A stretch of 32,113 bases of DNA, taken from the NCBI GenBank assembly GCA_007132365.1, contig SLOS01000409.1, positions 1 through 32,113 of the forward strand, in the 5' to 3' direction. Of the stretch, positions 25,808 through 32,113 are shown piece by piece (within the stretch, counting starts at the first letter, position 1; every line of letters starts with the position of its first letter). The position numbers and the translations under genes are program-made. This DNA is from Bacteroidales bacterium (lineage in GTDB: Bacteria; Bacteroidota; Bacteroidia; Bacteroidales; PUMT01). Below the pieces are notes generated by a model. It ran no database searches. It was not told the DNA's origin and worked only from the letters and a program-made list of their open reading frames with translations.

Positions 25808-27085
25808 GTGAAACTGAAATTCATACATACGGCAGATCTTCATCTTGATACTCCGTTCAAGGGTCTGGGGGACTGGAATCCAGGACTGGCAGGTAAGCTG
25901 AAGGATGCTACCTACAGGAGTTTCAGGAATATAATTGATCTTTCAATTTCTGAAAAGGTTGATTTCATTCTGATAGCCGGAGATATTTTCGACAGTGAAA
26001 TTATGAGCCTGGCTGCTCAGCTTAGATTTTTAGCCGAATTGAGGCGTTTGTCAGATAATAGTATTCCTGCGTATTTTATATGTGGAAATCATGACCACCT
26101 TGGGGCATGGGACAGAAGTTTTTCGCTTCCTCCCGGGGTTTTCCGGTTTGGTTCAACTGATGTGGAAAAGATGACTTACCTGCGCAACGGAGAGGCCATT
26201 GCCGATATTTATGGTATAAGCTACCAGGACAGTTACATAAAAGATAATCTTGCACCACTCTACATCAGAAGTAAGGATCCTGCACTTTTCTCAATAGCTA
26301 TGCTTCACGGTATGGCAGATATTGTCGGAAGGGATGAAAGATATGCACCATTCAGTTTAAGGGACCTTACAGAAAGGCCTTTTGATTACTGGGCTCTTGG
26401 TCATGTTCATAAAGGACGTGTTCTTAGTGATGATCCTGCAGTGGTATATCCAGGGAATCCTCAGGGCAGGGATTTTGGGGAAATAGGGCAGAAAGGATGT
26501 TGCATGGTTGAATTGGAACCAGGTGTGAAACCCGTTATTAAGTTTGTACCGGTTCAGCATGTAAGGTTCGAGGATCTGGATATAGACCTGACAGGGACAA
26601 ATGATATTTCCGTTTTAATGAACCTTATTGATGAAGCAAGGGATGCAATGGTAATCTCTGACAGGAATTCAAATTTTGTTCTCAGGATTTTGCTAACCGG
26701 CAGGACTGGGTTGCATAAATTGTTAAACAGACCCGGAGCAACAAAACAACTGCTCGAGGAGCTGAACACCGGGCAACTGGAATCGGAACCCTTTTCGTGG
26801 ATAGGCTCTGCAGAGGTAATGACCAGCATGCCCCTGGATATTGAAAATATAGGACAGGGCTCTGATTTTATTGCCGGAATTATTAAAAATATTGTGAGAT
26901 ATGAGAAGGATGGAGAGCTTCTTGCAGCACTTACCGGTAATCTTGAAAACGAGTTGCCTGCAGGGAGGATTTTCAGGGAGATAGATCATTTTTCAGAAAA
27001 TGAAAAGCAGGAGATCCTTGATAAGGCAAAATGGATTCTTCTGAGCAGGCTGGTGGATGAAGGTTCGTTCAATGACGGCTCCTGA
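25808..27085 (+). CDS. Mre11/SbcD-family metallophosphoesterase DNA nuclease (YhaO-like)
   Basis: HTADLHLD, IAGDIFD, CGNHD, AMLHG, DYWALGHVH, YPGNPQGRDFGE; GTG start. Confidence 0.92.
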   Translation: MKLKFIHTADLHLDTPFKGLGDWNPGLAGKLKDATYRSFRNIIDLSISEKVDFILIAGDIFDSEIMSLAAQLRFLAELRRLSDNSIPAYFICGNHDHLGAWDRSFSLPPGVFRFGSTDVEKMTYLRNGEAIADIYGISYQDSYIKDNLAPLYIRSKDPALFSIAMLHGMADIVGRDERYAPFSLRDLTERPFDYWALGHVHKGRVLSDDPAVVYPGNPQGRDFGEIGQKGCCMVELEPGVKPVIKFVPVQHVRFEDLDIDLTGTNDISVLMNLIDEARDAMVISDRNSNFVLRILLTGRTGLHKLLNRPGATKQLLEELNTGQLESEPFSWIGSAEVMTSMPLDIENIGQGSDFIAGIIKNIVRYEKDGELLAALTGNLENELPAGRIFREIDHFSENEKQEILDKAKWILLSRLVDEGSFNDGS

Positions 27086-27124
27086 ATTTATGAACCTGAA
27101 TTTATAACAGATTCAAAATTCTGT

Positions 27125-29779
27125 ATGATAATCAAAAAGATCCATATTGACGGGTTTGGAATTTACAATGATTTTGAAATCGATAATTTCCGGAAGGGAC
27201 TGAATATCATAATTGGTAAAAACGAGGCTGGAAAAACAACCCTTCTGAGATTCCTGAGGTATACCCTCTTCGGTTACCCCAAGTTAAAGGAGCACAGAAT
27301 GGTTCCATTAAGGGGCGGTGCTCACGGAGGGAAAATCATGGGGGTACTGTCCTCCGGGAATGAAATTACAGTGGACAGAAAGGGAGACCGTGGGTTTACC
27401 CTTTACATGGCGGGCAGGGAATACAGCAATGAAGGGGATCTGCTGGAGCTTCTCGGGAATGCCTCTTCCTCACTTTATAACAATGTCTATGCATTTACAC
27501 TTGATGAACTTATTGGCCTGGAGTCGCTTACCAGGTCAGGGGTTGAGGACAAAATATTCAGTATAGGTATGGGGCTGGGTAATCTGTCCCTTGCAGATAT
27601 CGAGTCTGATATCAGGAGCCAGATCAATGATATTTATAAGAGTGCCGGGAAAAATCAGCAGATTCCCGTAATTTTGAAAAATATCGGGGAAATAAAATCC
27701 GAAATAGCTTTTAAACAGAATCTTCTACCTAAAAGGAAAGAACTTTCTGAGCAGCTTGGCCGGTTGGAGAGGGAAACTGCTGAGCTGGAAAATATGTCCA
27801 GGGAAAATACATCGGAAAAAAACAAGCTGGAGAATTATCTTAAATGTCATGACAGTGTTGTCAGACTAATGAGTATAAACAGGGAGCTTGACCAGTTGCC
27901 CGGCATACAGGATTATCCTGAAAACGGAATACAGGAACTTGAGCTGCGCGAGGAAAAAATAACCGATCTGAAGGAAAGACTTGAGAAGTTGAATGAGGGT
28001 GGTGGAAGTGAAAGGGGGCTGCCAGAACTTAAGGAGCTGGCCTGTTCATTATTTATTAACAAGGAACTTTTGGCTGAGTCGGGGAAAGTTGAGTACCTGA
28101 AGAATAACCTGACCGTATACCGGAATACCCTGCGTGATTTTGACCAGGACGAAATTGAGGTAAAAAAACTTGATGGAAGGATTAAGGCTTTACTGGAAAG
28201 TATTAATCCTGCCTGGTGCGGGGAAAGTGATATTTTATTGAAAGGAACTGAAATCCATAAAGCTGCCATCAGAGCCTTCCGGCAGGAACTTGAAGAGATA
28301 AAAAGAAAAAAGATCGCTGCCGAAGCACATGCCGAAGATCTCAGGTACAGGAAGAGCAATCTGAAAACTGCGAATATTGCGGTTATTGTTTCGCTGGTAT
28401 TCATTATTATCTCCATTCCTGCCTTTTATTATTCCCTGGTTATTCTAGGAGGTGCATTGGCCTTGTCAGGCATAGTTATATTTGCAGGGCGGAAGTCAAT
28501 TGCGGTCGATTACTCAGGGATTGAAACAAAAAAGAAGATTGAGGACCTGGAGGACCGGTTGCTGGGGATAACAGGCAAATACAGAAAATATTTTGCTGAC
28601 GAGCTGGGTATTACCGGTCCTGTGCCTCCCGAAGCAGCAGAAGAGGTAATTGCAGAGATAGATAAAGCAAGTGATTTAATAAGGCAGAAACAGTTAATTG
28701 AGGTGAGGCAGAAAGAACAAAGGGAGCCCCTGATCAGCGAATTCGAATCTGTGGCCCGTTCACTCCTTCCACTTGTGCCAGAGGCAGGCCAGGCTGATAA
28801 TATCGAAGTTCTTGTTCACCGGATCATTGCTGATTTCTCATCTTCACATGAAAAATTCATTCTGAAATCGGGATACGAAGATGAATTGAAACGAAAACTC
28901 AGTGAGGCAGAAAGCATAGAGAAAAAAATCACTGAAGCTATGGCAGGGATAAGATCTTTGCTCAAAACTGCCCGGGCTTCAGATCCTGATGAATTCAGAA
29001 AAAAATACAGACAGAATAATTATGTAAAACAACTTGTCGCGGATAAAAATAATGCGGAACAGACTATAGAAAGCATTATGGGCATTGGAAATTCTGCCGG
29101 CGTTCTTTCGTATTTCAGGACGAATGGAAAAGAACAGCTTGTCAGTGAGATAAAAAGACTGAAAACTGTTGTTGAAGATCTTAACCAAAGCCTCAGCGAC
29201 CGGCGAAGCAGGATTGGCGAATTCAGAAATGAGATCAAAAGAGTTGAGGAGGGATCTGATATGACCGCCACAATGACCGGACTTGAAACTGCAAGGTATG
29301 ATCTTGGAAATGCTGTTAGAAACTGGTTGGCAGGACGTATGGCTCTTGAATTGCTGTTTGAGGTGAGGGCGCAATATGAGAGGGAGAAACAGCCTGCCGT
29401 CATCAATAATGCTGCAAGGTTTTTCTCTGCCGTCACTGCCGGAAGGTATAACCGGCTGCATGTGTCAATAGGGGACAGGGATGTGCAGGTATATGATGAT
29501 AAGGGCATATTCAAAAAAACTCATCAGTTGAGCAGGGGTGCAAGGGAACAGCTTCTCCTGAGCTTGCGGCTGGGGTTTATTGAAGAATATGAAAAGCAGT
29601 CAGAACCCCTGCCATTGATAGCGGACGAGGTCCTGGTAAACTTTGATCCTCACAGGGCACGTCGGATGGCTGAGGTTATTTACGAATTTTCATCGGACCG
29701 GCAGATGCTCATGTTCAGCTGCCACCCTGAAACCATTGAATTGTTTGACAGGAAAAACATAAATATTATTGAGCTATAA
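27125..29779 (+). CDS. Rad50/SbcC-like split ABC ATPase with coiled coil (YhaN/AAA_27-like)
   Basis: IHIDGFG, Walker A GKNEAGKTT, long coiled coil, signature LSRGAREQ, Walker B/D-loop IADEVLVNFD, H-loop FSCH. Has a central hydrophobic hairpin. Confidence 0.92.
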   Translation: MIIKKIHIDGFGIYNDFEIDNFRKGLNIIIGKNEAGKTTLLRFLRYTLFGYPKLKEHRMVPLRGGAHGGKIMGVLSSGNEITVDRKGDRGFTLYMAGREYSNEGDLLELLGNASSSLYNNVYAFTLDELIGLESLTRSGVEDKIFSIGMGLGNLSLADIESDIRSQINDIYKSAGKNQQIPVILKNIGEIKSEIAFKQNLLPKRKELSEQLGRLERETAELENMSRENTSEKNKLENYLKCHDSVVRLMSINRELDQLPGIQDYPENGIQELELREEKITDLKERLEKLNEGGGSERGLPELKELACSLFINKELLAESGKVEYLKNNLTVYRNTLRDFDQDEIEVKKLDGRIKALLESINPAWCGESDILLKGTEIHKAAIRAFRQELEEIKRKKIAAEAHAEDLRYRKSNLKTANIAVIVSLVFIIISIPAFYYSLVILGGALALSGIVIFAGRKSIAVDYSGIETKKKIEDLEDRLLGITGKYRKYFADELGITGPVPPEAAEEVIAEIDKASDLIRQKQLIEVRQKEQREPLISEFESVARSLLPLVPEAGQADNIEVLVHRIIADFSSSHEKFILKSGYEDELKRKLSEAESIEKKITEAMAGIRSLLKTARASDPDEFRKKYRQNNYVKQLVADKNNAEQTIESIMGIGNSAGVLSYFRTNGKEQLVSEIKRLKTVVEDLNQSLSDRRSRIGEFRNEIKRVEEGSDMTATMTGLETARYDLGNAVRNWLAGRMALELLFEVRAQYEREKQPAVINNAARFFSAVTAGRYNRLHVSIGDRDVQVYDDKGIFKKTHQLSRGAREQLLLSLRLGFIEEYEKQSEPLPLIADEVLVNFDPHRARRMAEVIYEFSSDRQMLMFSCHPETIELFDRKNINIIEL

Positions 29780-29941
29780 ACTCAATTTTAAACCGGCAAT
29801 AATTCAGGCGTAAAAATTAACCAAAATATCCATTTCACCTGATATATTTAAATAAAGGCATATATCCATACTTATGTTTAAAAGTATTGTTGTAATTTTA
29901 CATTATTGATCCGGTTATCAACTACAAACTACAGACCCTTT

Positions 29942-30841
29942 ATGTACAAAATAATTTCAGGAATCTGGTTTTTCCTCTCAGTTCCGGCTCTGTTACTGTC
30001 TTGTAACTTGAATTTACGTGATACTGACCCGGATAAATATGCTGAACTTTTAGCAGAATGGGACTCCGTCAGGCTCCGGCATCTCAAATCACCCACAGGA
30101 TGGGTCAACCTGGCAGGGTTGTTCTGGTTGCAGGAGGGAGAGAACAGCATAGGATCTGCAGAGACTAACGATATAGTTTTTCCTCGCGGTCCGGGTGAGG
30201 TTGGTGTAATGATTCTTAATGGCCAGGATGTAGTTTTTACCCCTTCCGGGGAAATTAACATCAGGGCGGATGGTGATGATGTTTCACGTAATATCAGGAT
30301 ATTTGGCAGGAACAGGGATGCAGAACTGCTGACCGTCGATTCAATTGGGTTTTTTATAATAAAAAGGGGAGAAAGGATCGGTATCAGGCTGCGCGATTAC
30401 ATACATCCACGTCTGGATAAGTTACAGATTATTGACAGGTACCCCCCTGATCAGGGATGGATAATAAAGGCGAGATTTATTGAATCTGAGGATGAACTTA
30501 TTATAAGGGTCCCTGATGTTCTGGGAGAGATCAATGAAGAAAAAGCACCGGGAATACTTGAATTTGAATATGACGGAAAAGTTCGCAGGTTATACCCGAC
30601 AGGTACCAGAGATAACCTTTTTGTTATTTTTGCTGACGACACCAATGCACTTGATACCTACGGTGGTGGCCGTTTTCTGAGTGCAGGGGCTGTCGACAGC
30701 AACGGATATGTTCTCCTGGACTTCAACAAGGCCTATAATCCTCCCTGCGCTTTTTCACCATATGCAACCTGTCCCCTGCCTCCCGCGGAAAATTTCCTGC
30801 CGTTTGGAATAACGGCAGGGGAAAAGGCGGTTCATTATTAA
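29942..30841 (+). CDS. DUF1684 domain lipoprotein
   Basis: Probable start is the ATG at 29942, with lipobox LLS-C. Motifs GWVNLAGLFWL, FADDTN, TYGGGRFL, LDFNKAYNPPCAFSPYATCPLPPAEN, AGEK. Confidence 0.9.
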   Translation: MYKIISGIWFFLSVPALLLSCNLNLRDTDPDKYAELLAEWDSVRLRHLKSPTGWVNLAGLFWLQEGENSIGSAETNDIVFPRGPGEVGVMILNGQDVVFTPSGEINIRADGDDVSRNIRIFGRNRDAELLTVDSIGFFIIKRGERIGIRLRDYIHPRLDKLQIIDRYPPDQGWIIKARFIESEDELIIRVPDVLGEINEEKAPGILEFEYDGKVRRLYPTGTRDNLFVIFADDTNALDTYGGGRFLSAGAVDSNGYVLLDFNKAYNPPCAFSPYATCPLPPAENFLPFGITAGEKAVHY

Positions 30842-30892
30842 AGCTCCGGGTATGATATAATTCAACATTGATAAGATACCGGTTTGAATATG

Positions 30893-30900
30893 TAAATTTG
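30893..30900 (+). promoter_or_regulatory. Probable -7 promoter element for the hemerythrin-LuxR pair
   Basis: TAAATTTG matches TAnnTTTG, 37 nt before the ATG at 30938. Confidence 0.5.
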
Positions 30901-30937
30901 CTGATTGATACCTGTAGTTCGAACTAAATTAATTTAT

Positions 30938-31654
30938 ATGGCTGAGCTGATCATTAACGGGCAGATGAAGTTATCGCATATTATCGACAAGGATAAGCGG
31001 GCTCTTGTGCTTTTCCCGCGGTTTGGCATTGAGCTGGGCTTTGGCGATAAAACAGTAGCCGGTCTTTGCAGGCAAAAAGGTATTGATCTGCAGTTTTTTC
31101 TGCTTATGGTCAATACTTTTCTCAACCCGGACTATTTTCCGGATAAACAATTGAAGAGTGTCGATGCAGACATGCTCATAGGGTATCTTGTTGAATCGCA
31201 TAATTTTTACCTTGAAGAGAGAATCCCCTATCTGCAGTCGCTGATTGCAAAATTCAAAGAGAGTGTTGACCATCCCGCTACTGCACAGCTGGAAAAATTC
31301 TTTGATCAGTATATAGTTGAAGTAAAAGATCATCTCGCATATGAGGATGAAACGGCGTTTCCCTATATGGCCATGATATCGGCCTATAAAAAAAGGTCTG
31401 ATGTGCCGGCCGGCCAAATTGATTATTCAGTCGGTGTTTTTGAAGAGAGGCATGATAATATCCAGGAGAAGCTTTCCGATCTGAAAAATCTTCTCGTGAA
31501 GTATTTCCCTCCTGCTAACGACCGGTATATCAGGATAAGGTTGCTCAATGAGCTTATAGATTTTGAGGATGATCTTATCAATCATGCCCGTATAGAAGAT
31601 AAGGTCCTTATACCGGTAGTGAAGCAACTGGAGGAGCAGCTTAAGTTGATCTGA
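30938..31654 (+). CDS. Hemerythrin-domain protein (ScdA/Ric-like N-terminus)
   Basis: Probable start is the ATG at 30938. N-terminal FPRFGIELGFGDKTVAGLC; iron-ligand-like motifs SHNFY, HLAYEDETAFP, HDNIQEK, HARIEDKVLIP. Confidence 0.85.
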   Translation: MAELIINGQMKLSHIIDKDKRALVLFPRFGIELGFGDKTVAGLCRQKGIDLQFFLLMVNTFLNPDYFPDKQLKSVDADMLIGYLVESHNFYLEERIPYLQSLIAKFKESVDHPATAQLEKFFDQYIVEVKDHLAYEDETAFPYMAMISAYKKRSDVPAGQIDYSVGVFEERHDNIQEKLSDLKNLLVKYFPPANDRYIRIRLLNELIDFEDDLINHARIEDKVLIPVVKQLEEQLKLI

Positions 31655-31661
31655 TGTTACA

Positions 31662-32113
31662 ATGGGAAAAACCATACTCATAATAGAGCAGTCGGAGGTT
31701 GTAAGAAAGGGCCTTATAAAGGTTATCGGTAGTTTTAACTTTTTTTCCGATATACATGAAGTGGCATGTAATACGAATATAGAATCATCAGTTATCAGAT
31801 TCGAACCCGATATTCTGGTTATAAATCCCATCCTGCTGAAACCAGGTTTGACGGAATGGCTTAAGGAGAACCGAAATAGCCGGATCAGAGTTGCTGCAAT
31901 TGTTTATACCCTTTTTGATGATGAACTTAAAAACCTTTTTGATGAGATAATTCAGATCGGGGATACAAGGCTTAAAATTAAAAACAAGCTTGAATCCCTT
32001 ATAAATAAACCTGCTGACCCCAGGCCGCAGGTACCTGATGAAACCCTTTCAAAACGCGAGAAAGATGTTGTAAAATTGCTGGCAAAAGGTTTGAGCAACA
32101 AGGAAATTTCAGA
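31662..32113 (+). CDS. LuxR-family regulator with atypical receiver-like N-terminus, truncated by the window end
   Basis: Not in the ORF track; translated by hand: MGKTILIIEQSEVVRKGLIKVI...EPDILVINPILL...ETLSKREKDVVKLLAKGLSNKEIS. The last part is the start of a LuxR HTH. Begins 7 nt after the hemerythrin stop. Confidence 0.9.
   Translation, partial: MGKTILIIEQSEVVRKGLIKVIGSFNFFSDIHEVACNTNIESSVIRFEPDILVINPILLKPGLTEWLKENRNSRIRVAAIVYTLFDDELKNLFDEIIQIGDTRLKIKNKLESLINKPADPRPQVPDETLSKREKDVVKLLAKGLSNKEIS

Noticed and set aside
27081-27105. Direct repeat CCTGAATTTAT x2 between the nuclease and ATPase genes
   Set aside because: An 11-bp local duplication with no IS ends or transposase; most likely a slippage event.
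29906-29921. TTGAT-N6-ATCAA inverted repeat before the DUF1684 gene
   Set aside because: Wrong spacing for an FNR box and short half-sites in AT-rich DNA; no supporting evidence.
1-32113. Prophage, IS, integron, rRNA/tRNA or genomic island
   Set aside because: No integrase, transposase, phage genes, att-like repeats or structural RNA signatures were seen. Composition differences were only judged by eye and are not striking.

Overview
A ~32 kb chromosomal window from a Bacteroidota bacterium, probably Bacteroidales-like. The assignment rests on TTTG-N19-TAnnTTTG promoters, A-rich starts without Shine-Dalgarno sites, a TamL-type lipoprotein and signal peptides cleaved before Gln. I see no mobile element, rRNA, tRNA or CRISPR array. 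Left to right the genes are: a truncated GltS-family Na+/amino-acid symporter, asnA, tamL/tamB, a PQQ-dependent sugar dehydrogenase, a DUF2807 lipoprotein, a conserved lipoprotein, a Gfo/Idh/MocA oxidoreductase, a TPR-PD40-SPOR-like periplasmic protein, wecB, a TetR-TolC-MFP-RND-PII-like operon, a pterin-4a-carbinolamine dehydratase, a Tat-exported Gfo/Idh/MocA oxidoreductase, a YhaO/YhaN (SbcD/SbcC-like) pair, a DUF1684 lipoprotein, a hemerythrin-domain protein and a truncated LuxR-type regulator. The standout is absent from the ORF track. The asnA 5' leader (minus strand, ~2044-2242) holds a consensus promoter and a 29-codon leader peptide with 9 Asn in 13 consecutive codons. It also holds mutually exclusive protector, antiterminator and terminator helices. 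Together these look like a complete ribosome-mediated asparagine-sensing transcription attenuator.
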